A stretch of DNA of 64,000 nt from Octopus sinensis (Eukaryota), in NCBI RefSeq assembly GCF_006345805.1, contig NC_043009.1, positions 38,254,001 to 38,318,000 on the forward strand, read 5' to 3'. This document shows, one piece after another, positions 39,821 through 54,978 of the stretch. Position 1 is the first letter of the stretch, and each line of letters begins with the position of its first letter. The notes beneath the pieces are model-generated. The model was not told the origin of the DNA. It saw only the letters and a program-made list of their open reading frames with translations, and searched no databases. The position numbers were made by a program, and so were the translations under genes.

Positions 39821-41361
39821 CTGTTTTTGTTTGTACGCCTCTGTTTACGCATAGAAAATACGTAAATAACCTCCATCAACACATATATAACGGATGAAAG
39901 AAGCAGATAAAGGGAAATTAGCATGAAATGAGGAAATATTGATTGAAAAAAAACTATCGTTTTTATTAATGATCAATATATCTAAGACGTATCCAGAATC
40001 AGAAAACAAAGCTGTTGGGAGTCTGCTCTCGTATGATTTAGTTTTACCGCGTCTTTTACCTGTATAAACTATATAAGTCTTTCTCAGCTTCTGCCACTCC
40101 TATATGATGTGATATCCAGTTCCTACTTCACATTTTGAAATATTAGTTTAGTAATAATAACCACAATAAATAATGTTGTTATTATTAACAATGATAACAA
40201 GGCGGCGAGTTGGCAGAATCGTTAGCACGCTGGGTAAAAAAATGCTTAGCGGCATTTCGTCCGTCTTTACGTTCTGAGTTCAAATTCCAAGGAGATCGAC
40301 TTTGCCTTTCATCCTTTCGGGGTCGATAAATTAAATACCAGTAGAGCACAGGGGTCGATATAATCGTTTAGTTCTCTCCTCCAAATGTCAGGCCTTGTGC
40401 CTTTAATAGGAAGGATTACTAGTAATAATAACATCACCATATTAGGTTATCAATAATTCATATAAATTTTGACACAAGGTCGGCATTTTGAAGGGAGGGT
40501 AATTCGAATAGGTCAACCCAGTACTCAACTGGTGTTTATTTTATCGATCCCGAGTGGAGGAAAGGTAAAATCGACATCGGTGGTATTCGAACTTAACCGG
40601 AATAAATGTCACTAAGTACTACGTCCGTTGCGTTAACGATTTTACCAGCATGCCACCTTGTATTAATTTACTAATAATCCTCTCTTCTCTAGCCAGAAGG
40701 CATGGAATTTTCTGGGTGGTTGGGTGGGGGGACAAATCGATTACATCGACCCCAGTGCTCAACTGATACTTATTAAATTAATCCCATAAGGATGAAAGGC
40801 AAAGTCGACCTCGATGGAAAACTAGTATAGCAACAGATGCAACATTTGTCATTAATTTAGCAATAACAATGGAAGCCATATTAGTTTAATAATATTAGCA
40901 ACATATATCATACTTATCAAGAAATAACGCCAAGACGCCATAATAATAATTTAGTAATAATAGCAACATTTATTATTGTTTATTAATAATTGCAAGAAAC
41001 CATAGTTTAATGATTAACGCCGAAATATCACATTAGTTAAGTAATGATAGTAACATTTAGTAATAATAGTAGGACATCATAGTGGTTTAGTAAAAGTAGC
41101 AACATTTATCATAATTTAGTAATAATAATGGGACATCATAGTAGTTTAGTAAAACTAGCAACATCATAATAATGTTGTAATTATTTCTAAAATAGACAAA
41201 AGCTTGAAATTATTTTTTGTGGATGGAGGCCAGAGATTAGTTGAAACCATTATATGGCTGGTACTTTATTTTATCGATCACAAATGAATGAAAAAGCATT
41301 TATCATATTAATTTATTTATAGTAGTATCACGTTTATTAGTCTAGAAATAACAGTAAAAGT

Positions 41362-41663
41362 GGAGGCACAATGGCCCAGTGGTTAGGGCAGCGGACTCGC
41401 TGTCGGAGGATCGCGGTTTCGATTCCCAGACCGGGCGTTGTGTGTGTTTATTGAGCGGAAATACCTAAAAGCTCCACGAGGTCCGGCAAGGGGTGGTGGC
41501 GACCCCTGTTGTACTCTTTCACCAAAACTGGCTCTCACACTCTCTTCCTGTTTCTTGAGGAACGCTGCGATGGACTGGCGCCCTGTCCAGCTGGGGGTAA
41601 CCCATACGCCACAGAAACCGGGAAACCGGGCCCATGAGCTTTGACTAGGCTTGAAAAGGGGCG
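41362..41663 (+). mobile_element. Full-length SINE B followed by (GAA)n
   Basis: A/B boxes and body match the 6058 copy. Confidence 0.9.
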
Positions 41664-42289
41664 AAGAAGAAGAAGAATAGCAGTAAGAAATTATCGTATT
41701 AGTTTACTTGTGAAACACATTAACTTAGTAAGAATAGAAATACTTACCATGTTAGTTTAGCAATAATGGCAAAACATAAATAATTTAATGTACTACAGTC
41801 AGTGGATAATTTATATTGTAGAACTTAAAAATAAACTCATGAAACGCTTCTTGTAAAAGTTATTCTGATGAAATTAAATATCTGATACATTTTTATTCTC
41901 TTTATGTGAAATAATTATAAATTATGCTACATCATGATGTTAGTTTCGTGCAAATGGAAATGGTATAAGATTTTAGTATTACCGCCTATTTTTTATTATG
42001 TGTTATAATTTTGATGTTGATAATAAAAATGTTTGAGAATAGTAAATAATAATTGATAAATAATACAATAAAGCGAGCATTCTACAGTTTATGTTTACGA
42101 GTCTTCCTCATTTCTTAGAGTTGTTTGTCCCAGTTCGCGTTGACCAATATCATATATGTTTTCTTCAATCGGGTGAAGGAAATTTGTCTGTTATTTCAAG
42201 CAGATCAAGCAAAGATATTCAGTCTTCTTTCGTGGTTCACCGTTCGTAGTTAATTTACATAAGTTATGTCGTTATTACTAAACTATAAA

Positions 42290-42548
42290 GGCGGCGAGCT
42301 GGCAGATTCCGAGACCGGGCACTGTGTGTGTGTTTATTGCGCGAAAACACCTAAAGCTCTACGAGGCTCCGGCAGGGGGTGCTGGTGACCCCTACTGTAC
42401 TCTTTCGCCCAAAATTTCTCTCACTCTTTCTTCCTGTTTCTTGAGTAACGCTGCGATGGACTGGCGTCCCGTCCAGCTGGGGGGAACACATATGCTATCG
42501 AAACCGGGAAACCAGGCCCATGAGCCTGGTTAGGCTTGAAAATGGCGC
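42290..42548 (+). mobile_element. Chimeric SINE: family A first ~20 nt joined to family B body
   Basis: ggcggcgagctggcagattcc then gagaccgggcactgtgtgtgtgtttattg..., i.e. family B after its B box. Confidence 0.65.
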
Positions 42549-44239
42549 ATAAATAAATAAAAACTTTATTTTCTGAGTTCAAATGATGCCGAGGTCAGTT
42601 TTTCTTCTCATTCTTCCGGGGTCGATAAAATAAGGGATTAGTTAATTACTAGGGTTAGTTCACTTAGTTAAAATTCTCTCTCGCAAATTTGAGACCTTGT
42701 GTTTATGCAAGGAACAATTATTAAGGCTGGTAGGTTGGCACAATCGTTAGAGTCGAAGAAAAATACCTTACGATATTCTTCACATCCTGTGTTCAAACCC
42801 CACGACAGTCACTTTTGCCTTCTACCCTTCTGGGTTCGAGAAAATAATGTACCAGTTAAGTACTGGGGTTGTTTAAATTGTTTAACTTCTGTCCTCAAAT
42901 TTCTGGTCTTGTTCCTTACTAAATTAGCAAACTAATATGATAAAACTCTCCATAAGTACTAAACGAGTGTAAGTTTTACTAACAAATATGTCTTGTTATT
43001 ATTACCAAATTATTATTATTAGTCTTCGCTTTAGTATTAAACCAATATCATAAGACTTACTAACGGGTAAGTCTTAACTACTGTTACTTAAGTAGTATGA
43101 AGTCTTGCTGTTAAGCAGTATGAGTCTTGTTATTATCAGACTCATATGATAAGACGCTATTAATATCAAATCAAATAAGTCTTGCTAACAAATACGATAA
43201 GTCTTAGTATTGTTATTAAATATATATGATATATCTTATTCTCTTCATAGAAAATATGTACAACGATAAACATAACTATATTATATATACTCGCTTTGGT
43301 TCTGGTTATTTTCAGTATTCTTCCATTTTGGAAATTTTTTTCCTTGACAGCAATGGTCTTGTTTTTTTACTTTTGTCTTTCTTTCTATTTTTCTTTCAGT
43401 CTATTTTCCTCTTTTATTTCTTTCTCTCACTCTTCCTTCCTTCCTCCTCTCTCTCTTTCTCACGCACACACACACACACACACATTCCCTTTGAACTTTT
43501 CAATGTGTTTATACACAAATGTACACATATTCCGTTTCGTGGAGCGTTTTCAACATCATCCTTCCTTTCATCTTTACCCCACTTCCCTCCATCCTCCTCT
43601 CCATCTCTATTGACCCCCACCACCTCCTCCTAATCCTCACCTCTCCCTACTCTCCCTCCCTCCACCACCACCACTACCACCACTACCACCACCACCATCA
43701 TCGCACATCTACAAGCACAGCCGCAATCTTTCTCATCCCACACACATAAGCAAGCCAACAAACGCTTCCAAAACAGTCGAAAATAAAAATATATTTCTTT
43801 TAAAGAATAAAAGAAAACCTGTAGTTGTTGTTGCTGTTACTGTTACTGTTATTGTTGTCGTTGTGGTTGTTGTTGTTTTTCCTTCTTCCTCTCCCTCCTT
43901 CTTATTTCCTTTCTTTTCTAGAGATAATAAGTTATGAGTAGTGTCCCACGAGGATCGGTTCTGTGGCTTCTCTCTTTCTTCTGACAAAAATCAATGATAA
44001 AATATCTGCCACTAGAAGCTCAGTGTCTACCTAGAGAGCAAGACACCAATCAATATCAAAATACACCCATGTTACAGCCTCTTTACAAATTAACACTGCT
44101 TCTTATTTACTATCTTCGTTTACTCTCATTCTTCACCTAGTCTTAAACCAAATAAATCAAACGCTGGGATGGCGAGAGCAACAATCTTGCTCTTCTTTGT
44201 CTTTGTCGCTTTCTATTTCCTCTCTCTCTCTCTCTCTCC

Positions 44240-44323
<84 letters not shown>

Positions 44324-44331
44324 ATATATAG

Positions 44332-44362
<31 letters not shown>

Positions 44363-44408
44363 TACATATATATATATATATGTGTGTTTGTGTGTGTGTA
44401 TGTATTTA

Positions 44409-44452
<44 letters not shown>

Positions 44453-44463
44453 ATGTGTATGTA

Positions 44464-44506
<43 letters not shown>

Positions 44507-44717
44507 TATATATATATATATGTATATATATATGTATATATATATAGACACATACATGTATGTGTGTGTCGGTGTGTTTATGTGTATATATGTATGCATA
44601 TATATATGTGTGTGTATATATATATTTGTATATAAAGAAAGAGACAGAGAGAAAGAGACAGAGGGCAAAAGAGAGTTATGAATAGATAGAATGACGGTTA
44701 TTTAGTAAATGTACATC

Positions 44718-44748
<31 letters not shown>

Positions 44749-47700
44749 TGTATGTATGTATGTATGTATATGTGTGTATATGTGTGTACGTACTTTTGCA
44801 CAAGTACACAAAGAGTGCGCGTGCGGTTCCTCCATTATTAGCACTAATTATGTTTACCAAGAAATAGCTATAATCACTGCAGTAATTTTTCCGCAGCCAA
44901 GAAAGCAAGCAACGACCGTTCAGTAAATGATATCAAAATGATGCTTCCTTTCCTTTAGATCTCATCAGCCTTCAGTTCCTTTCTTAATTCCTCATATTTA
45001 AACTAGTGTGCACTTGTTACATAGAAACAGTCTCTCCAAATCCACAATCTTTTTTTCTTCTTTCGTTACATTCTGCTTCTCTTTCTCTCCCTCTTGATCT
45101 CTCTCCTTACCTCCCTTTCACTCTCTCTCTCTCTCTCTCTGTCTCTCACGCACACACACATACATAGAAGAAATAATTGATATGGAAGATATAGTATACC
45201 AGAAACTTTATTTTATATATACATTATACATTTTACATATGTATGTATGTATGTATGTATGTATATGCACACACACACACACACATTCATATATGCAGTG
45301 AATATCCGAGATTTTTTCAGGTATCGAAATTTCCAAGAGGAATGGCCTAATTATTCTTGAGTGATATGTGTTGCAGTAGTGGTAGTAGTTGTTGTTGTTG
45401 TTGTCATTATTCTTGGCGGAATTTGAACTCAGAACGTAAAGACGGACGAAATGTCGCTAAACGTTTCTCTCGGCGCGCTAACGATTCTGCAGCTCACCGC
45501 CGTCAATAAAATAAATATTAGCCGAGCATAGGTGGTCGATGTAATCGTCCTACCTCTACCCCATAATTGCTTTTGGCTTCCTGCTAAAATTTGAAACAAT
45601 TATTATTGGTATTAAATCCGCGAGATGGCAGAATCATTGGAGCGTCGGATAAAGTGCTTAGCGAGATTTCTTCCGGCTCTTTACGTTCTGAGTTCAAATT
45701 CCACTAAGGTCCATTTTCAACCTTTCGGGATCAATAAAATAAAGTACCAGAATGGGGAGATCAATGCAGTTAGGTCTGTAATTGAAGAACCTAGATGACA
45801 ATTCTAGTCGGCAGGAAAATTGCTTTTGGTGTTTAGACGAGCAAATAAAATTGCTTGTGGTATAACTGAACTTTATAAATAATACTTTTAAGCGTTTAGT
45901 AGTGTGTACTTTTAAACTGCTTTCAAAGTTTTGAAGAGTGAAATTAACTCAACGGCTGAAAGTTGAGAGGGGAAAAAAAAAGAACGATTTTCATATCCGG
46001 TAAATACAACTTCACACAAGTGTAAACTCCCCGATATAGATTTTCATACGAAAACGTCGTAAAACATCTGTATATGGCTACACAAGTGAGAGTAAGACTG
46101 TATATACTGTGAACATAAATTCTGTTAAGACCAATCTGAAAAATGTAATTAATAAATGTTTAGATGAGAGACAATTCTATCGATTTCTGCAAGACAAACG
46201 GCAAAAATACTGTATGAGAATCATAAAATGTCAAAGAATCAAATTTATTTTCATAACTTATAACTTATTTTCAACGAAAATAGCAGTATTGAGAAATTCA
46301 TTTTACAGCCATTTGACTATTGACAATACAGCACTTTTACAATGTATAGAGATTTGAAAGTTTACAATATTTTACACTTAACAGTGATGACAAATTTCTG
46401 GAAATACCAGATTTAATTCTAGTTATTCTTATTTAACTTTATTCTCATTCATTCAAATGAACATCGTGATATAATGAAAATTTTTGGTTTTTTATATCTT
46501 TAAAAATATATTCTGGTTTACTATTATTCATATTTCCAGTTTATTGAACATACTATATGCTTGGATGCCATTAAAGATTTGGAACCAGTTCCTGATCGAC
46601 TGGAAATTTAAATACATGAACTTCAGTGAGTCTTGGTTCTTTTTTCGTCATTTTCCTAAATATATTTATTCCTCTAATTTTCCATCCAAATATAACACAT
46701 ATATATTCAGTTTCCATCTCTATTGAAAATTTGTTTTGCAGCTTATTTACTCATCGTTATCGCTACAACATGTTACAATTGAAAAAAACCAAACCAAACA
46801 AAACAAAAAGCAACAATAACAGCAACAACAATAAACAAACAAAAAACGAAGGAAACGAACGACATTAGTTTTGTATCTTGCAAACAAACTGACTTTTCTA
46901 TTTATTATATTTACAAATCATCCGAACGTTGTTAGCCTCGTTTGCCAAAACCGTCTATTTAAATTTGATTATTTAATCACATTTACAATATATTATGAAA
47001 ATATTTAATTTCGTGATAGTTTTTCCTAATGTCAAGTGAAATGTTTTGTCGGGCCACGATGAACTTATCTCTAGTTTCTCTGATATTAAGCAGAGAATAA
47101 TTAATTAGTCACGTAATTTATTAGTTATTTTCTAGATATATACCTGAGAATAGAGTATAGCAGTCCAGTGTGTATCGGACTGTATCGGGCAATAATTTAT
47201 TTAAACATACTTTGGATTTTATATATTATGTATATATAATCTATGTATCTTGTTTGGATATTCAGTTGGGAGAAAGCTCAATATTGTTATGCAATTCCTT
47301 GGGTCATTAAATCTTGATGGAATCGTAGGGACACCATCGTGGAATACAGCACTTCTGGGGATCTTTTAGACGTGACAGAACCAATTCCATTCCAAGTCTG
47401 GCTATAGTCTATTTCTTTCAGAGAGGAGAAAATGAGAGAAGGAGAGAGACGGTGGGGTGGAGGAGGAGAGGAAAAACCAATGCCAGTAGAAAAATAGGTA
47501 TTTTATTTACCGGCGCCTAAAGGATAAAATGTAAAGTTAACCTCGTTGTGTTATGAACTCAGAACGTAGAGAGCCGGAACGATTACCGCGAAGCAATTTG
47601 TTTGACGCTCTAATGACTTCGCCAATTGGCCGTTTATGAATATTCTTTTCTACTCTAGGAACGAGGCCCGAAATTTGTGGGGAGGGGGGCAGTCGATTAG

Positions 47701-49080
47701 ATCGACCTCAGTACGCAACTGGTATTTTATTTATCGACCCCGAAAGGATGAAAGGCAAAGTTGATCTCGGTGGAATTTGAACTCAGAACGTAAAAACATA
47801 TGAAATGCCGTTTATGGATATCGTGATAAAATGTTTGAGAATATTACTGTAACTCAATCCTTCTTCCACTCATCTACTCTACTCCGAGATTTCTCATCAA
47901 TATTTTTCCATTGAACATTGATAAATAAGTAATTAACTAAATATTAATATCATTTGTCATTTATATTTTTCTTACTTGTTTTAATTCTACTAATTTCCAC
48001 TCCATACTACACTATTTTCTTAAAATAAAAGTAATAATAACAAACACCCTTTCACTGTTTTCAACCCAACACAGATACATAAAATAAAATCATATTGATG
48101 GATGCTCTTGAAATAGCCTTAGATTAAAATACCAGCGTATATACATTTATAATGTGTATACAGATATGGAACGAAGAATATTAGCTATAATATTTTGTCA
48201 TTGAAAAAAATCTCAAAGAGATTTGTGTATTAAAAACAGAAGGCTTCACTCAAAACTACAGTGGATGGCCAGTCGATGAGCAAAGCCCATTTTTTAAACT
48301 CACAAATCTGTCTCTTAGGAAAATTTCTCCGACAGAAAATATTGCAGCTAGTGCCGTTCCAAGTCTATTTACACATATTAAATATCATAAACAACGGAAA
48401 ATAAAACTAAAAACTATACACAAAAACCCCCTCTTAAAACTCATGAGATGTTTGTATTGCTTACATTTTCCGCTTCAGATTCATTCATATTTGTATCAAT
48501 ACATTGGTGGTTTCCTTAGTTTAAGGAAGAACATTTACTAATAAGCCACGAGCTGAAATTAATGAGAGAGATGACTCGCCAGAAACAGGTTCAAGCTGGG
48601 CAAGCAATGTATCTTTTAACAAGTTAAAATATCAAATGAATCTAATTTTTTCCCGCCAATCGTTGTTATTTTTCTTTTTTTTTTTTTTTCGCTGAAAGCA
48701 ATGTTTCCACCCATTAAAGTATAAAGGAACTCTTCTGCTTATTATTACAATAAGAGTAAAACTGATAGAAATGCTCGTTGCCATGCCTCTATTGATTTCT
48801 CTGACCTTCAAATGTAATTCTCTTGCCTAACCAGCATCTTTTTATTATGACTTCGAATCCATTACTGGTTAATGGTATTTACATTATTCTTTTCAAGTTT
48901 ATATACATCATGTAGATCTTACACACACACACACACACACAAACACACACTCAGGCACACACATGTACACATACACACATACACCCCCACACGCACATTT
49001 ATATAATAAACACAAGCATAAGTATATACATATGTATGTGTATATATATATATATATTCTGTAATATATATATAATACAT

Positions 49081-49131
<51 letters not shown>

Positions 49132-49334
49132 ACATACACATATTTATTTATATGTACGCGTATTTAACTTTATATATATACATACATAAATACATATGCA
49201 TATATCTATATGTGTGTGTGTAAATATATCTCTATTTATACATAGACTGATTCACAGAAACCTATACACACATACACGTATATACGTTTGTATATACATA
49301 TACATATATCATTTCATCCCTCTCTCTCTCTCGC

Positions 49335-49382
<48 letters not shown>

Positions 49383-49966
49383 TTACCTATATAATTGCAT
49401 ACATGCAATTATACGCACACACATACACACAAACACAGATATATATATATATATATACAATTATACATACACACACAAAGACACATATATATACATATAT
49501 ATATATATGTTATGTATGAAAGTATTTATGCATCCCTATATAATCACAGACACATGTACATAAACGCACACACACACACACCTATACACACACATATGCA
49601 ACACTTGTGCACATGTACGTATACATATATAAATAATTCTCACAATGTACATGTATACCGATGTAAACATTTTTAGGATAATAATTCTTAATTGAAATAT
49701 CGGTTTTTATGCGGAGTCTCCAGTCTTAATCTTTCTTCTTTTTCATTCAAAAATAATGAAATAAATTATAAAAAATAACATTACATAGAATAAGCAAATG
49801 AATAAATGTAAAAAAAAAACAACAAAACAAAACAGAAAAATATATAAATATGAAAATATAATTACATAAAATAATAAAACTAAGAGGTAAATAAATGAAG
49901 CTTTATTGCATATCTTTTAGTAAATGTTGCTTAGTAAAATATTCAGAAGATATGTTGCTGTTTTTA

Positions 49967-49975
49967 TCCTCATCG

Positions 49976-50026
<51 letters not shown>

Positions 50027-50092
50027 CTCTCACCATTATCATCATCGTCACCAGCACCATCTTCATTGTTGTTGTTATTATTATCATTATCG

Positions 50093-50189
<97 letters not shown>

Positions 50190-50360
50190 CATCATTATTA
50201 TTATTATTATTATTATTATCATCATATTATTATTATTATTATCATTATCATCATCATTATTATTATTATTATTATTATTATATTATTATCATCATTATTA
50301 TTATATTATTATTACAACTAACATCATCATCATTGTTGTGGTTGTTGTTGTTGTTATTAA

Positions 50361-50429
<69 letters not shown>

Positions 50430-50452
50430 GATAATGATGATGATGATGATGA
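49967..50452. repeat. Compound (CAT)n/(ATT)n/(GAT)n microsatellite
   Basis: Direct reading. Confidence 0.95.
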
Positions 50453-50649
50453 TGTTTCAAGCTATAAAACATGGGCAACAATAACGAAACTGTTTCAGAC
50501 GAAATTGTGAACATTTCTCGTAACATATCAATTTACTGTAAATTAAATTGAAAAATATTGCTTTAATATGTAAAATTTAAAAAAAGTTATGGCGTTAAAA
50601 TCTTTTTAATGTTGCTTTCATATATGAACATATCTTTTGAGAGAAACAT

Positions 50650-50873
50650 GGCTTATAAGAAAACTCTTATTTATCACAGCTAAGAATACATTTACTACAA
50701 GCAATGATTGCTTTTCCATAATATAGCCTGCATTTTCTTCTATTAAATTGAGATTGCGTCTCTGAATGGTGAACAAGTGTAAAATTCTTGTGATTATTTC
50801 CGGTTCTAATCCGTACGGAGGAAACTTGCTTCAGCTGACGTTTTCTTTTTTCTCTCCTTGCTATACTTTGCAA
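50650..50873 (-). pseudogene. Possible piggyBac transposase C-terminal cysteine-rich domain remnant
   Basis: SVRIRTGNNH...RRKCRLYYGKAIIACSKC...KPCF resembles the piggyBac CRD pattern (VRYDG..H...RRRC..C....C.KC...C..CF); some cysteines are lost. Confidence 0.4.
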
Positions 50874-52728
50874 AAATTTCTTGTTTATAGACTTGTTTTC
50901 ATCATGATTCTGTTTTATGTATGGTTATTTCTATGTTACGTAGTTATTTGGATGAGCTTACATTGAGGTTAATACTAGATACAGAGGGAGAGAGCGAGGG
51001 AGTGAGTGAGTGAGAGAGTGAGAGAGAGAACGAAAGAGAAACAGAAAGAGAGAGAAAGATAGAAGGTGAAGCCTATCTCCTTGGGATTTGAAGATGGAGT
51101 GCAGTGGCTCATAGCTAAATATTACACAGCGTTTTTCTTCGCCTCTCTACTTATTGTGATCAGACACCAAAAGCTTAGAACATCGTAACAACCTAGTAAA
51201 ATATCCCTACTATAACTAGTACATATTCTAAAAAATGACACTGTCAGTACAATAAGACGAGACACACAGTACATTTTCTACAGTCACTTCCATAATATTG
51301 TTTCACGGACAAGCAATCACATCACCAAGAGAGCACAACAAAATTCACATAACAACGCATAACTACAGAACAAATTGGATCTAACACAAAAACCTTTCCC
51401 TCACCTGTATGAAATCTATATCATAATAAGAGCCGTGTTTTCTGTCCGTCCGTCTGTCTCTCCCGCCGTCTGTTTCTGCGTCACACACTATCTACAGACT
51501 ACAATGGTTTTTTTTTAGGTAATTTATTTAGAGAAGTAAGAAAAAAACACTGAATGTATTCAATTTATTCATTAAATTCACATATTCAACGCAAAGAAAA
51601 ATAAGGTTTATGTTTTATTTTTGGTCAAAGTTTATTTTTTTCTTGTATGAAAAAAAAAAGACAAAAATTACCCATGAATATTTCATTCTCAAATACAACA
51701 ATACGACAATAGACTGTGATGAAAGAAAAAAGATAAAGGAGAGGAGACTGGAAGAAGAAAGTTAAAGTTAATAAAAAATTACATCTGATTTACAAAACCT
51801 TCATTCAGTAAAATAGTTAATTCTGCTGTAAATATTTTCGATTTATTGAATGCACTGCTTGAAACCAATTATTTTTGAGCTGGGTAAACTACTTCACAAA
51901 AGCCCCTTGTCAATAAAGCAGTAAATTCTGCTGAATGTCAGGTAAATATATTATTTTCCAACTTGAATATTTGCCGATATACAGCTATTGAGAATTTAAA
52001 ACGTGGCGGTAACTGTCCTTATCGTGAACTCACCAAACTTATCATTTATCACTTTGTTTATATATGAGGAGATTTCGGGTAAGATATTTCACTGAAATTT
52101 TACGTTATTATTGTGTGTTACGTTTATAGAATATTAGTTTTGTTATTCATCGTCTGTCACAAATAATGCTAATATACACGCATAAATTCACAAATGTGCG
52201 AGGTTTTATGTGCTTCCTCAACCTGCTAGAAACAACAACGAAATACCTTGAGATAGCCTTCAAATCATCCAGGCAGACACGTGATAATGATGAAATGCAA
52301 ACGTCAACTAGTAACGTTTATGTAGAAGCCATCTAAGTAAATGTATATATTAGAGAATGCACGTTTTAAAGATAAACCTTTACTAGTTATACAATGTTAA
52401 AAGATTATTTACTAAGTTAAAGGAGGTGCTCCAGCATGGTCGCAGTAAAATAACTGAACCAAATAAAAGAATAAGTCTTCACCGAGATAGAAAACATAAA
52501 TTTCAATAATATACTCATTTAAAAAGTGTCTAATATGACATCTATTTTTTTTTAGAAAATGAAAGTTAATAACTTCCTAATTTTTTCTAATTCTTGCAAA
52601 AACACTAAAAACAATTAAAACTAAATATATGTCATTTAAAAGGTATCATCTTGAATGGATGAACAATCTGAATTTAATATTTTACCGTCTTTCCGCCAGA
52701 CGAGTATCAAACTAGCAGTAATAAATAT

Positions 52729-53095
52729 AAATAGGATTTCAAGCAAACGCAACGAGGCCTGAAAATTAGGTCATTGATGAAATCTCTATGTGGTTGTTTC
52801 ACGTGCTAGAAACAAGACCCAAACTTTACTCAACTAAACTCCCTAATGTGATATTTAAAAATGGGTGGGGTAGGACTATTTGATAAAGTAGAAATATAAC
52901 ATGAAATAAAAATAAAGTAGAAATAGGGGTTTCAAGCAAACGCACAAGGCCTGAAAATTAGATCATTGACGAAATCACCATGTGGTTGTTTCACGTGCCA
53001 GAAACAAGACCCAAACTTCACTCAAATCAACTCCCTAATGTGATATTTAAAAATGGGTGGGGTAGGACTATTTGATAAAGTAGAAATATGACATG
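52729..53095. repeat. 192-bp tandem duplication (about 2 copies)
   Basis: aaatagg...ttcaagcaaacgca...gataaagtagaaatat starts at 52729 and 52921. Confidence 0.9.
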
Positions 53096-53618
53096 GTCAC
53101 GACTGCAAAACCTTTCATTAGAGAACTAATGTATCAGGGTTGACTCGGTGCTAAACAACACAAACAACATCAACAACATATTTTGGCATAAATATATTTA
53201 AATTTCCTAAGACACACACAAAAGCTGAGACACTTATACATGCGCACATCCTCACACACATACATATATACATACACGCCAACAAATGACAGAAACACAT
53301 ATATACATATGCATGCATATTTATATACACATGCCTATGTGTGCGTATGTGTTTGTATGTGCTTATTGCAGCTGACACCTCATAAACAACTCCCGTACCC
53401 CTCGGCGTTGAGTACTGTTTTGAACTTCTCGCATGTACTTATATATACACTACACAACACTATACTATTCTACACGCACATACATATACATACGCACACA
53501 TACAAATATATGTAAACACATACTCACTGAAAAATACATATAGTGTGTTTGTTGGTTAAAGCAAATATCTATAGACTTGAAAAAAGAGCTCAATAGCAAT
53601 TTCAGATGATGCAGTATA

Positions 53619-53664
<46 letters not shown>

Positions 53665-54433
53665 ATATATAAAAAATTAATAAATGAAACATGCATATAT
53701 ACATACATATATGTACTACCTACCTCTACATGTATATATACATGCATATATGGGTACAGGACACCAAAAAGAACGTCGAACACAGTGAGAAACGAAAACA
53801 TAAACACAAAACCAAGGAACTGGACATTTTTCTTAAACAACGAAAAAATAGAGTACAGGACAAATAACACAAGGAAAATCCCCTTCTTCAGTCGCCATGG
53901 TTTCATCTACTCTGCGTATATATATATATGTATACACGCATATTAATATATTAATATTTAGTAGCAGCAGCGAAGTGACTCAAGGGCCAGGTGTTTCGTG
54001 CGTTGGCATTCATGAAACTTGTTTTGAATTTTTTTTAAAACATTTTTTTTTGCAATTGTCTGATAATACAGATATAGACATGCCCAAATGCATCAATAAA
54101 TTAACATTGATATTTTTTCACTCTCTGAAATGGAACTCATTCATCTGAAATGAAACTGTCAAAGCGCAATATTCGAGCAATTTTGCTATTCGACTTCAAA
54201 AAAAAAAAAAAGAAAAAAAAAAAAGAGGACGTAAGACAGCCGAAATTGCTCGAGATATCAACGAAAAGCTTGGTGAGGAAATGATGAGTGACTGGGTCAG
54301 TTCGAAAATGGTTTGAACGATTTCACAGTGGAGACCCGAGCCTAGAAGATCGTGAGCGTATATATACGAATGTATTTATGTATGTATGCCTGTGTATATA
54401 TGATATATGTATGTATATATATATATTATATAT

Positions 54434-54493
<60 letters not shown>

Positions 54494-54496
<3 letters not shown>

Positions 54497-54978
54497 AAAA
54501 CAATTAAGATTCAAGTGAGTTCTATTGAATTCACGTGAATGCGATACTTAACTTAGATGCACCAGAAATCTATATGGTATTAGCCATAAAATAATGTGGG
54601 GTGATTATAAACAAGAAAAAAGCAACAAGAATGGATTAGTTTTTCAGTACAATTGTTTCATACGAAGACCAGCTTTATTAAAAGCTGCAAATATTGCAGC
54701 GAATACAAGTGTCCCGTACTCATCAGCCGAAACACATATGAGTTCTCCAAGCATCCTAGGGGGTGAGGCTACACTCATGAAGTATCGAAGATAGTTCTAT
54801 AAAAAGCAAATTTAGATTGTAAGCATACTTCCAAAGTTCTCTAATGATGTACAGTCTTATAACAGGCTTTAAAAAAGCTTGTTAGCTTCACAGAAAAGGT
54901 AAATCCATCCATAATGTAGGTGCAATTACCGGAGATATGTACTGAAAAACTAATCCATTCTTGTTGCATTTTTCTTGT
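54494..54978 (-). mobile_element. PLE pseudo-LTR fragment with a 41-nt inverted piece, sister subfamily of 56977-59421
   Basis: Homologous to 56977-57311 and to the reverse complement of ~59085-59421; 54938-54978 is the reverse complement of 54611-54651. Confidence 0.85.
54642..54732 (-). ncRNA. Type I hammerhead ribozyme with long stem II
   Basis: tttcgg-CTGATGA-gtacg...cgtat-GAAA-caattg-TA-ctgaaa; predicted cut 54648/54647. Confidence 0.8.

Noticed and set aside
41860-41925. CTGATGA...GAAA-taatta-TA hammerhead-like pattern
   Set aside because: No stem II and weak stem I; likely chance in AT-rich sequence.
44169-44230. Signal-peptide-like ORF start [17 protein letters not shown]
   Set aside because: Hydrophobicity comes from a pyrimidine-rich stretch leading into microsatellite; no splice donor seen.
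48191-48541. 117-codon open frame containing AVPSLF (THAP-like)
   Set aside because: No C2CH residues; a stop-free run of this length can occur by chance in a window this size.
51414-51480. Helitron-like 5' end (tctatatcataata...gtccgtccgtctgtc)
   Set aside because: No matching 3' hairpin and CTRR end found.
53860-53912. GAAA...CTGAAGA in permuted order (also ~25920)
   Set aside because: No UH cleavage triplet, no stem I, and no GAAA after the hairpin; does not fit a hammerhead topology.
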